Below are positions 8,169-16,287 of a DNA stretch of 16,962 nt, in pieces. Position numbers and translations under genes: made by a program. The notes beneath the pieces were generated by a model, which was not told the origin of the DNA, did not search any database, and saw only the letters and a list, made by a program, of their open reading frames with translations. The DNA comes from Candidatus Odinarchaeota archaeon (lineage in GTDB: Archaea; Asgardarchaeota; Odinarchaeia; Odinarchaeales; Odinarchaeaceae), in the NCBI GenBank assembly GCA_038826135.1, contig JAWBON010000024.1, positions 424 to 17,385 on the forward strand, given 5' to 3'. Every line of letters begins with the position of its first letter. The first letter of the stretch is position 1.

Positions 8169-9242
8169 ATGGATGAGACTGCTAAAATATTGAAAAAACT
8201 TACGGAAGTGTATTCTCCCAGCGGTTACGAGGAATCTGTAAGAGAAGTAATAGCTAGCATGCTTGAAAAATATGTTGATGAAATCCACGTTGATAAAATG
8301 GGTAATCTCATAACCTTAAAACGCGGCTTAGAGAAGGAGCCGAAAATATTTCTGGACGCACATATGGATGAAATAGGAATGCTCGTGAAATATATTGATG
8401 ATAAAGGATTTATAAGATTCTCCTATACCGGCGGATTCTTCGATCAGGTGGTCTTAAACCAGAGAGTGGTGGTTTTAACGAGAAACGGGCCGATACCAGG
8501 AGTGATAGGTGCTAAACCCCCTCATCTTATGACGCAGGAAGAGCGGGAGAAACTGGTCAAGCGCGGTGATATGTTCATAGATATAGGTGCAGGTAGTAGA
8601 CAGAGGGCTGAACAGCTGGGTGTAAGAGTTGGTGATCATATATCATGGGCTTCCGGTTTCACTGAACTGGTTGATAACAATGTCACTTCTAAAGCATTTG
8701 ATAACAGGGTCGGGTGCACTATATTGATAAAAATCTTAAAAGAGTTGAAGGCGAATGCCACAATATATGGGGTTTTCACAGTGATGGAGGAGATAGGGTT
8801 GAGAGGTGCTAAAACAGCAGCTTTCACAATAGAACCTGACGCTGCCTTAGTATTCGAAATAGCTGCCGCAGGCGATCATCCTGGTGTTAAAGAGGGTGAG
8901 GCGCCTGTACGAATCGGAGGAGGTCCAGTTATAGGGATTGCAGACGGTAGTAGAGCTAATCTAGGAGGGGGTTTGATAACCCATCCTAAAATTAGACGTA
9001 TTTTACTAGAAGTGGCTGAAGAGAACCATATACCATACCAGCTTTACGTGTTCGAAGGGGCTACAACAGACGGGACGGCGATTGCGTTATCAAGATCAGG
9101 GGTTCCAACAGGGCTTTTATCCGTACCTGTCAGATACGCGCATTCAGCTATTGAACTACTTAATATCATAGATGTGGAGAACACAGTTAAACTAGCAAAA
9201 CTATCAATAAATAGAATTGCTGAAGTATTTTCAACCGGTTAG
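8169..9242 (+). CDS. M42-family (TET/FrvX-like) aminopeptidase
   Basis: DAHMDE, KAFDNRVG, MEEIGLRGA, TTDG and RYAHS motifs. ATG 8169 is preferred over GTG 8160 because AGTGA sits 5 nt upstream. Confidence 0.93.
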   Translation: MDETAKILKKLTEVYSPSGYEESVREVIASMLEKYVDEIHVDKMGNLITLKRGLEKEPKIFLDAHMDEIGMLVKYIDDKGFIRFSYTGGFFDQVVLNQRVVVLTRNGPIPGVIGAKPPHLMTQEEREKLVKRGDMFIDIGAGSRQRAEQLGVRVGDHISWASGFTELVDNNVTSKAFDNRVGCTILIKILKELKANATIYGVFTVMEEIGLRGAKTAAFTIEPDAALVFEIAAAGDHPGVKEGEAPVRIGGGPVIGIADGSRANLGGGLITHPKIRRILLEVAEENHIPYQLYVFEGATTDGTAIALSRSGVPTGLLSVPVRYAHSAIELLNIIDVENTVKLAKLSINRIAEVFSTG

Positions 9243-9249
9243 ATGATAT

Positions 9250-9933
9250 ATGAGCCGCGAGGATGAGAAGCTAAAGCAGTGGAATGGAGCCCACTCCTTA
9301 CTCATCTGGATTTTAGGTATATTTATTCTAATCTCATTCAGTTATTTAGGTGGTGTGAACGATTGGCTGGCTAGAATAATCATAGAATTGTTAATTGGTT
9401 TAATTCCGATCCTGGTGGTTTTATCAATCTTTAGAGGTGGGGTAAGAGAATTAGGTTTACTGAAACCAAGCTTTAAAGAAGGCATATTAGCTTTAGGATT
9501 TGGTTTACTGGGGGTCTTAGCCGGTTTCTTAAGCTTCTATTTAGAAGTTTTAATATTAGGTGGTTATCCTCCAGGATATTATGAGTTTCAGTTAAAGTTC
9601 ACTCCACTCGAACTGGAAGACCTTTTAATCTGGATTTTCTTCTCCATTATAGTAGTAGCCCCGTGTGAAGAAATTTTTTCAAGAGGATTCATACAGAAGG
9701 GGCTTCAAAACAGCGGAGGTGTTATTTTTGGGTTAATCAGCGCTTCGATATTATTCGGGCTAATCCATATGGATCCTTTCAGAATATTCCCTAACGCTAT
9801 GGAGGGGCTTGTCCTAGGAGGAGCCTATGTTTATTCGAAGAATAAAACAAGCGTTTCAGCTATATCCCACGCTGTTCTTAACACTGTAATATTCATATTA
9901 ATGTTTATTTTCCCGTATTATTTCGGAATTTAA
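9250..9933 (+). CDS. CPBP-family (type II CAAX/Abi) intramembrane metalloprotease
   Basis: Multiple TM segments with EEIFSRG (EExxxR), FGLIH (FxxxH) and HAVLN (HxxxN). Confidence 0.9.
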   Translation: MSREDEKLKQWNGAHSLLIWILGIFILISFSYLGGVNDWLARIIIELLIGLIPILVVLSIFRGGVRELGLLKPSFKEGILALGFGLLGVLAGFLSFYLEVLILGGYPPGYYEFQLKFTPLELEDLLIWIFFSIIVVAPCEEIFSRGFIQKGLQNSGGVIFGLISASILFGLIHMDPFRIFPNAMEGLVLGGAYVYSKNKTSVSAISHAVLNTVIFILMFIFPYYFGI

Positions 9934-9939
9934 AAAAAA
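9932..9939 (-). terminator. Candidate oligo-T terminator for the minus-strand membrane protein gene
   Basis: T8 on the minus strand 12 nt after the stop at 9951. Confidence 0.45.
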
Positions 9940-9950
9940 GATAGAGGTGT

Positions 9951-10301
9951 TTAGTGGAAGAGCTCTCTTTGATAGAATAAGTATACTACAATTATTAAAC
10001 TGATTATCAGTGAAATTATACCGCCGAATACTATTGATATTACAATATTGATTATGTTAACAACTACGACTAGCGTCCAAGCCCAATGTCTTAAATTCAT
10101 TAATGAAAAAGCTGCGATTAAAATTATGATCCCCCATATTAAGTATATAACACCGGCGAATGCGAATTCTATAAACCACCATGCTGGAATGAAAGCTGAA
10201 CCCAAAAGTAAACTCGCACCGTTTAGAATGTCTATTATGCCACCTATTATCATTAACACCGCGATTATCACTACGCCTAAAGGTGTTTTTTTACTAGGCA
10301 T
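9951..10301 (-). CDS. Small 3-4 TM membrane protein of unknown function
   Basis: 116 aa, almost entirely hydrophobic, with a TPLGVVIIAVL...G....L..L..WAW...Y pattern typical of small conserved archaeal/actinobacterial membrane proteins. Fills the gap between flanking genes. Confidence 0.75.
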   Translation of the reverse strand: MPSKKTPLGVVIIAVLMIIGGIIDILNGASLLLGSAFIPAWWFIEFAFAGVIYLIWGIIILIAAFSLMNLRHWAWTLVVVVNIINIVISIVFGGIISLIISLIIVVYLFYQRELFH

Positions 10302-10358
10302 ACTTATTCCTCAAGAAAATTTATAATTATTTAACCTTTAATTAATATTTAAAGCTAA

Positions 10359-11171
10359 TTATTTATTAAAAAATCTAAAACTTGCTTCAATAGCATCCTT
10401 AATCAACGGTGTTTTCGACCTCACAGCAGGCACCTCACCGATATCTATTGAAAAACTGCAACTTTTTTCCGATTCATTAAGTAACAGTTTAACCTCACCC
10501 GCAGGTGAAATAATCATACTATTCCCTCCGAAAACAATATCGTTTTCAACACCCACCCTGTTCACATACACGATAAAACACTGGTTTTCAATCGCCCTAG
10601 CCTTTAAAAGACATTTAAAACGGGGAATAGACTCTTTAGGTGTGGCGGATATAACCGTTATAATTTCAGAGCCTTTTAAAGCTTGAATACGACTAAGCTC
10701 AGGGAAATTAATATCATAACATATTTGAACACCGATTTTAACGTTTTTAATAGTGGTAACAGTCGGTGTTTCCCCAGCTGTGAAAACCTCCTTCTCCTTG
10801 AAAACCCAGAAATTCGGCAGACATATTTTCCTGTATTTCGCTAAAACACCATTTCTGCCTAATAGCACAGCGGTATTATATATTTTCTTATTCTCAGCTT
10901 CTAGTTCAGCCATACCTGTTAAAACATATGTTTCATCACTGAGTTCCCGTGAAATTTTATGGGTTAAGCTGCCGGGAATAGGTTCAGCTAGTTTAAAAAA
11001 CGCTTTCTTACAATTATAGCCTGTTAGAAAAAGTTCAGGAAACACATGTAAAACTCCGCTTGAAGTCTCGAATCTTTTAACAGCTTCTATAATCCTTTTA
11101 ACATTATACTTTTTTTCACAGAACACTGGAGATAATTGATGTAAAACTATATTAAGGAACAGGCCCCCCAC
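10359..11171 (-). CDS. Carbon-nitrogen hydrolase (nitrilase superfamily)
   Basis: Glu-Lys-Cys triad in FPELFLTGY, YRKICL and ICYDINFPE; also RAIENQ and FGGNS. The start may be CTG at 11162 rather than GTG at 11171. Confidence 0.92.
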   Translation of the reverse strand: MGGLFLNIVLHQLSPVFCEKKYNVKRIIEAVKRFETSSGVLHVFPELFLTGYNCKKAFFKLAEPIPGSLTHKISRELSDETYVLTGMAELEAENKKIYNTAVLLGRNGVLAKYRKICLPNFWVFKEKEVFTAGETPTVTTIKNVKIGVQICYDINFPELSRIQALKGSEIITVISATPKESIPRFKCLLKARAIENQCFIVYVNRVGVENDIVFGGNSMIISPAGEVKLLLNESEKSCSFSIDIGEVPAVRSKTPLIKDAIEASFRFFNK

Positions 11172-11682
11172 CTCGTAATTTTTTACCTATTACGGTACCT
11201 ATTAACCCCCCTATAATCGCAAGCCAGCTTGATTTTAACCCTCCTATAATGTATAAGCTTAGCTGATATATCATACCGCCAGTTAACAGAACGCTTACAT
11301 CAAAACCATATAAAGAACCCCAGTAAAAAATCCAGCTGATAACAGCTATTAATATAGCAGCGTTCAAACCGGTGAGTAGACTTTTTAAATAATTTCCTGC
11401 AAATATTCCCGCCACAATCCCTGCGAAAAACCATATTATAACGTTGAATAACGGGAAGTCGTTGAAATTTAATAGGAGCCCTCTGTGATTCGGATTAGAA
11501 CTGTGAAGAGGATCCCCCCCTAACAAGTATAGTAATTGCAATTCAATATACGGGATGCTTCTTATAAAATTGTAGAATGACGGCGATAATAATTCAGAAG
11601 GCATGTCAATAAACATTACTATAAGCCAAGTGGATGTTAAAGAAACAATTATAAATATTATTATTGGGAAAATGATCCTCAT
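11152..11682 (-). CDS. Four-TM membrane protein of unknown function
   Basis: 176 aa with four hydrophobic segments and small-residue motifs (WFFAGIVAGIFAG, GGLIG). GAGGCGG SD precedes the ATG. Overlaps the nitrilase gene start. Confidence 0.75.
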   Translation of the reverse strand: MRIIFPIIIFIIVSLTSTWLIVMFIDMPSELLSPSFYNFIRSIPYIELQLLYLLGGDPLHSSNPNHRGLLLNFNDFPLFNVIIWFFAGIVAGIFAGNYLKSLLTGLNAAILIAVISWIFYWGSLYGFDVSVLLTGGMIYQLSLYIIGGLKSSWLAIIGGLIGTVIGKKLRGGGPVP

Positions 11683-11789
11683 ATCCGCCGCCTCTGATTT
11701 TCAACAATTACCCGAAACTTTTAATAATTGGTAGAGTGGAAAACTATAAAAAGCTTTTATGATGATAAAATATTAAGACGGTGACTAAG

Positions 11790-12869
11790 ATGGGTAAAAT
11801 CAAAGTAGCTATAGCGGGTTTAGGAAACTGTGCTTCAGCTTTAATACAGGGAATCGAATTTTATAAGAATGTGAAAGGCTCGGAGACAATGGTTCCAGGT
11901 TTAATGAACCCGAGCGTAGGCGGCTACCTTCCAAAAGATATTGAAATAGTAGCCGCTTTCGATGTTAACAGGGATAAAATAGGTAAAGATATTTCCGAAG
12001 CGATCTTCATAGATAACTGTACAGTGAAGTTTGCAGACGTGCCTAGAAAAGGTGTGAAAGTTGTTCCAGGCCCGATACTAGATGGTGTAGCTCCCCACAT
12101 GGTAAAATCTTTTAAATGCTATGATGAGAGGGAAATGAAACCGGTTGACGTGGCACAGCATCTTAGAGAAAGCGGTGCTCAGATACTTATAAATTATTTA
12201 CCTGTAGGGAGCGCTCAGGCTTCAAGAGTGTATGCTAAAGCTGCCCTAGAAGCTGGATGCGGTTTCATAAACGCTATTCCTGAATTCATAGCTTCAGATA
12301 AAGGTGTAGGAGATGAATTCGAGAAGAAGAATCTACCAATAGCTGGCGACGATGTGAAATCACAGCTTGGAGCTACAATACTTCATAGAGCCCTAGTAGA
12401 CTTATGTGTTAACAGAGGTGTTAAAATCCTTGAAACCTATCAGTTAAATGTTGGCGGCGATACTGATTTCGAGAATATGACTGTTGAAGAGCGCCTTAAA
12501 ACTAAGAGAATAAGTAAAACAACCGCGGTTACAAGCATACCACCATATGAAATACCCACCAGGATAGGGCCGAGTGATTATATTCCATTCTTAAATAATA
12601 GGAAGATCTGTTATATTTGGCTGAAAGGACTCTTGTGGGGGGAAGTACCAGCTACAATCGATGTTAAACTATCTGTGGAGGATTCACCGGACTCCGCTGG
12701 AGTGATAGTGGATGTGATAAGATGCATGAAGCTTGCTTTAGACAGGGGAGTAGGAGGCCGGTTAGTAAGCATCTCCGCGTATTCATTCAAACATCCGCCT
12801 GTGTTTATACCGGATAATATCGCTAAAAACTGGGTTCAAGAATTTATAGAGGGAAAAAGAGAACGCTGA
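11790..12869 (+). CDS. ino1: myo-Inositol-1-phosphate (inositol-3-phosphate) synthase, archaeal/actinobacterial type
   Basis: GLGNCAS Rossmann motif, NYLPVGS, GDDVKSQLGAT, QLNVGGDTDF, SKT, EDSPDSAG, SAYSFKHPP. ATG 11790 is preferred over GTG 11781 because GGTGA sits 5 nt upstream. Confidence 0.95.
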   Translation: MGKIKVAIAGLGNCASALIQGIEFYKNVKGSETMVPGLMNPSVGGYLPKDIEIVAAFDVNRDKIGKDISEAIFIDNCTVKFADVPRKGVKVVPGPILDGVAPHMVKSFKCYDEREMKPVDVAQHLRESGAQILINYLPVGSAQASRVYAKAALEAGCGFINAIPEFIASDKGVGDEFEKKNLPIAGDDVKSQLGATILHRALVDLCVNRGVKILETYQLNVGGDTDFENMTVEERLKTKRISKTTAVTSIPPYEIPTRIGPSDYIPFLNNRKICYIWLKGLLWGEVPATIDVKLSVEDSPDSAGVIVDVIRCMKLALDRGVGGRLVSISAYSFKHPPVFIPDNIAKNWVQEFIEGKRER

Positions 12870-13562
12870 TCAGATTATTTTAAGCAGTCTCGGTATATCC
12901 CGGACACTTGGAAGTATAGCATCAGGCTCAGCTTGCTTCAGGATGCTATAGTCTAATCCCCCGGTTAAAACTCCAATAGTCCAGCAGCCTAGTTTTTTAC
13001 CGGAAACAATATCTAAAACATAGTCACCTACTACTACACACTCTACAGGTTTTACACCGTACTTTCCGAGAAGATTTTTAAACTCGTAAACTTTTTGAAG
13101 AGCCTCATCGCCTGTTGAGGATTCTTCTGAAAAATTATTCGCTAAAACTTCATCAAGCAAATCAGCTAAACCATGCAATTGAAGCTCCTGTCTGACAAGC
13201 TCAGCTTCTATGATTCTACCAGTAACCACTGATAAAATATAATTTCTATCCTTAAGGAGCTTAAGCGCCTCTCTAACCCCTTCAAACGGTTGCTCACTAT
13301 CGCCTTTAAACTCATGGTAAATTCTTAAAAACTCAGGTAGAAACCTCTGTTTAACCTGGAGTATAAGTCCGCCGAGCTGATTAGACTTATATAGTAGTCT
13401 AAACTCATCCCGGGATACTTTCTGCAACCCGTATTTTTCAGCTAAAAACATGAAAACATTATAAAATCTATCAGATGTATCTATAAGCGTCCCATCTAAG
13501 TCGAAAATAAATAGTTTAAGCTTGTCTCTTATCTTATCCCAGATTATAAGTATCACCCTCAA
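12870..13562 (-). CDS. HAD-superfamily phosphatase (C1-cap, Gph-like)
   Basis: MINUS strand (CAA at 13560-13562, TCA at 12870-12872). Motif I DLDGT, motif II VVTG, motif III K (LQK), motif IV GDYVLD. The true start is uncertain: TTG 13562, GTG 13556 or ATA 13547. Confidence 0.9.
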   Translation of the reverse strand: MRVILIIWDKIRDKLKLFIFDLDGTLIDTSDRFYNVFMFLAEKYGLQKVSRDEFRLLYKSNQLGGLILQVKQRFLPEFLRIYHEFKGDSEQPFEGVREALKLLKDRNYILSVVTGRIIEAELVRQELQLHGLADLLDEVLANNFSEESSTGDEALQKVYEFKNLLGKYGVKPVECVVVGDYVLDIVSGKKLGCWTIGVLTGGLDYSILKQAEPDAILPSVRDIPRLLKII

Positions 13563-13584
13563 TAGTTTAAATTAGCAATCAAAC

Positions 13585-13598
13585 CATATAAAATATTT
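13585..13598 (-). promoter_or_regulatory. BRE + TATA promoter of the HAD gene (divergent from ferredoxin-GGR)
   Basis: Minus strand reads GAAATA-TTTTATAT, which puts the expected TSS near 13563. Confidence 0.5.
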
Positions 13599-13656
13599 CT
13601 ATCCGATAAAGTTAAAAGCACACTTTATTCTTAAATAGCACAATAATGGTGATTAT

Positions 13657-13827
13657 ATGATTATAGACCGGAGTAAATGCGGCGTGTGCTTCGGCTGCGC
13701 GGCTGTGTGTCCCTTCGACGCGTTAAGAGCAACCGATAAAGAAATACTAATTAACTCCGATAAATGTACAAATTGTGGACTATGTAAGAGAATCTGTCCA
13801 GTGGGGGCGATAACTATTGAAGCTTAA
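13657..13827 (+). CDS. 2x[4Fe-4S] ferredoxin, 56 aa (not in the ORF track)
   Basis: MIIDRSKCGVCFGCAAVCPFDALRATDKEILINSDKCTNCGLCKRICPVGAITIEA contains two CxxCxxCxxxCP motifs. GGTGA at 13648-13652. Overlaps the GGR start by 11 nt. Confidence 0.95.
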   Translation: MIIDRSKCGVCFGCAAVCPFDALRATDKEILINSDKCTNCGLCKRICPVGAITIEA

Positions 13828-15037
13828 AGTAGACGTTGCGGTTGTAGGAGGAGGCCCGGCTGGCAGCTCCACAGCCTTAACAGCGGCTAAACTAGGTTTA
13901 AATGTACTGTTAATCGATAGAAAAGCTCATTTAGGAGTCCCTGTTCAATGCGGGGAGGCTATAGGTAAAACTGGTCCAAGCTTAGCGGAGATAGATATAC
14001 CTCGAGCAGCGATAAGAAACCCTATAAGAGGTTTCAGAATCTACAGTCCAAGCAATCTTAAAGTAGACTACGCTAAACCTCAACCAGACGGATACGTTGT
14101 TGATAGAAGAGTGTTCGACAAGGAGCTCTTCATTAAAGCAGCTGAAGCTGGAGCTGAAACCTTGATTAACACTGATATAAAAGAACTTACCTATAAAGAC
14201 GGTAAAGTAGCTGGTCTGGTAGGGGTAAACGATAATGGAAGAGTTGAGGTTGAAGCGAAGATAGTAGTTGGAGCGGATGGTGTTTTCAGCATAATAGCTA
14301 AGCTTTCCGGACTCCGCAAATATTCTAAACTATCGGATCTGGATGCGAGCGTAGGCTATGAAATGTGTAATGTCGAATATGATGACCCTGAATTAATGGA
14401 ATTCTATATGGGTAAGAACGTAGCGCCTAGAGGATATGTCTGGATCTTCCCTAAAGGTGAGAAACGCGCTAATGTAGGGATAGGCGTAGGCGCCGAGTAC
14501 AGTCAGCGGACAGCTTTAGAGTATATGAGAAGCTTCATGAAAGAGCATCCGATCGGGAGAGAGAAGCTGAAAAAGGCGAAGATAGTAGAGTACAGGGTCG
14601 GAGCCATACCGTTAGGGGGACCTAACGATAAAAACATAATAGATAATCTCATGTTAGTTGGAGACGCTGCAGGTCAAGTTCACCCTATAACAGGCGGCGG
14701 TATCGGCTACTCACTAGTATGTGGCAGTATAGCTGGCAGAGTAGCTGCTGAAGCCATAGAGGCGGGGGACACAAGTGAGAAAATGCTATTAAACTATGAG
14801 AAACGATGGCGAGAGAAGTACGGAGAAGAATTTGAGAAAATGTTGAAACTACGCGAGCTGCTTGAGAAAGTTGAGGATAAAACATTAGACCAGCTTGCAG
14901 AAATCTTTAACGGACAGAATATAGTAGATCTTACAGCCGGGAGAAAAATATCGATTTTATTCAGCGCTGTTAAAAAAAGAAACAGAGAACTAATCAACCT
15001 GCTTAATAGTTTCAGAAATCTTAAACTAATCCAGTAA
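13817..15037 (+). CDS. Digeranylgeranylglycerophospholipid reductase (geranylgeranyl reductase family)
   Basis: GGGPAG FAD-binding motif, PVQCGEA, DRRVFD, GYVWIFPKG, GDAAG, PITGGGI. TTG start, coupled to the ferredoxin gene. Confidence 0.92.
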   Translation: MKLKVDVAVVGGGPAGSSTALTAAKLGLNVLLIDRKAHLGVPVQCGEAIGKTGPSLAEIDIPRAAIRNPIRGFRIYSPSNLKVDYAKPQPDGYVVDRRVFDKELFIKAAEAGAETLINTDIKELTYKDGKVAGLVGVNDNGRVEVEAKIVVGADGVFSIIAKLSGLRKYSKLSDLDASVGYEMCNVEYDDPELMEFYMGKNVAPRGYVWIFPKGEKRANVGIGVGAEYSQRTALEYMRSFMKEHPIGREKLKKAKIVEYRVGAIPLGGPNDKNIIDNLMLVGDAAGQVHPITGGGIGYSLVCGSIAGRVAAEAIEAGDTSEKMLLNYEKRWREKYGEEFEKMLKLRELLEKVEDKTLDQLAEIFNGQNIVDLTAGRKISILFSAVKKRNRELINLLNSFRNLKLIQ

Positions 15038-15053
15038 GAGAAGTGAGAATAAT

Positions 15054-15656
15054 TTGGGTTTAGGGAGACTGCTTATAATATCCCTTCTGATCATCTCCAT
15101 ATCAGGTTTACTCGTATATTTCATAGCCCCTGAAACTGTAAATCTCATATATACCGTGAAATACCAGTCCTATGGAAAACCCGAGCTAGGATACTTCATA
15201 ACCGTATTAGAGAGCATAATATACGGTTTAAAAGACACCAGAATACTAATTATAATAATATCCACATCCCTTTTAGCAGGGTTACTTTACACGAATGGTA
15301 GAACTTGGGTTGCTGGTGCCTTCACATATATAATTTTATTAATATTACTTTTAATATTCTATTATAGATTTTTCACGGCATTCAACATACCTGAACTGCC
15401 TGAATTCTTAACCAATATTTTTTTCACAATCACGATGGGAGCCATATTCTCGAGCATACCCGGCATCATGCTACATATCACTAAAAAGGAGAACCTAGAA
15501 AACGAGAGCAGCGTACAGTCACTGGAAACCACGATCACATGCCCTAAATGCGGTGAAAAATATAATTCAATACCAATCATATGTGTGAAATGCGGCTTCA
15601 AAATAGGAGACACATCCCCGATTAAAATCAGTTCCGATTATAATTGTGCAAATTAA
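15054..15656 (+). CDS. Four-TM membrane protein with C-terminal zinc ribbon
   Basis: TTG start 16 nt after the GGR stop. Four hydrophobic segments, then CPKCGEKYNSIPIICVKCG (CxxC...CxxC). Confidence 0.75.
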   Translation: MGLGRLLIISLLIISISGLLVYFIAPETVNLIYTVKYQSYGKPELGYFITVLESIIYGLKDTRILIIIISTSLLAGLLYTNGRTWVAGAFTYIILLILLLIFYYRFFTAFNIPELPEFLTNIFFTITMGAIFSSIPGIMLHITKKENLENESSVQSLETTITCPKCGEKYNSIPIICVKCGFKIGDTSPIKISSDYNCAN

Positions 15657-15928
15657 AACTTATATAAAGCAAAAATGTTTTTAAAATTACGAAAGTATTA
15701 AATACTGGATAAAATCAAGATGTGACATCAATCTGGCGGTGTAGGAATTGGTAGGTGGACACTTTCCAACACAAACATATAAATAAAACTGTAACCGATT
15801 TTTTAAGAGGCCACCATATAAAACAATTTTTAAGAAACATAATATTTTATTCAAAAACAATTAGACAATATGGAAACATGAAGAAGACGCAGAGTACATC
15901 ATACTTTTTAAGGGTTAAAAACTATAAA

Positions 15929-15947
15929 CCGCCAAGAAATTTATTAA
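15929..15947 (+). promoter_or_regulatory. Candidate BRE + TATA for lysW
   Basis: CCGCCAAGAAA-TTTATTAA about 20 nt before the lysW ATG. GGAGG SD at 15956-15960. Confidence 0.45.
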
Positions 15948-15967
15948 AAAGCAATGGAGGTTAAAAT

Positions 15968-16141
15968 ATGGCTAAAGGTGTTTGCCCTGAATGCGGTGCT
16001 GAAATAGAGGTCGAAGATCCTGTGGAGAAAGAAATCGTTGAATGCGAGGAATGCGGTGTTGAACTAGAGGTTTCAAAAGTGGAAGGAGAAGAGGTTGAAT
16101 TCGAAGTCACTGAGTCAGAGGGAGAAGACTGGGGTGAGTGA
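15968..16141 (+). CDS. lysW: Amino-group carrier protein LysW, 57 aa (not in the ORF track)
   Basis: MAKGVCPECGAEIEVEDPVEKEIVECEECGVELEVSKVEGEEVEFEVTESEGEDWGE: two CxxC zinc motifs, highly acidic, with the diagnostic C-terminal EDWGE. Confidence 0.98.
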   Translation: MAKGVCPECGAEIEVEDPVEKEIVECEECGVELEVSKVEGEEVEFEVTESEGEDWGE

Positions 16142-16189
16142 CCGCTACATAAAAACCCTGTGAAAAAACAGCGAACTAAAATCAACACC

Positions 16190-16195
16190 TTTTTT
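16190..16195 (+). terminator. Candidate oligo-T terminator after lysW, embedded in a hairpin arm
   Basis: T6 run 48 nt after the lysW stop, able to pair with 16205-16214. Confidence 0.35.
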
Positions 16196-16287
16196 CCATT
16201 ATCGTGGAAGAGGTTACTACAGTTTAATCGTGTTCAACAGGCTGGAGGTGAAGGCGCCTTCTAAAGGAGAGAAGAAACGCCGTGAAT

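Noticed and set aside
1580-15613. Short antisense ORFs 1580..1858, 3463..3810, 6375..6560, 8636..8827, 10048..10326, 10753..11019, 14685..14885, 14794..14997 and 15362..15613
   Set aside because: All lie within or almost entirely over well-supported genes on the opposite strand and show no recognisable motifs.
15735-15770. tRNA 5'-half look-alike GGCGGTGTAGGAATTGGTAG
   Set aside because: There is no A14, the D-stem does not pair at tRNA spacing, and there is no anticodon arm, T-loop (GTTC) or matching acceptor strand nearby.
15755-15964. 69-aa ORF in the lysW upstream spacer as a protein-coding gene
   Set aside because: It has AT-rich spacer composition, a weak GTG start and no motif. Only its 3' part is kept as a low-interest leader candidate.
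15961-16188. 75-aa Ser-rich minus-strand ORF
   Set aside because: It is the antisense of Glu-rich lysW (GAA/GAG read as TTC/CTC and Ser-rich frames).
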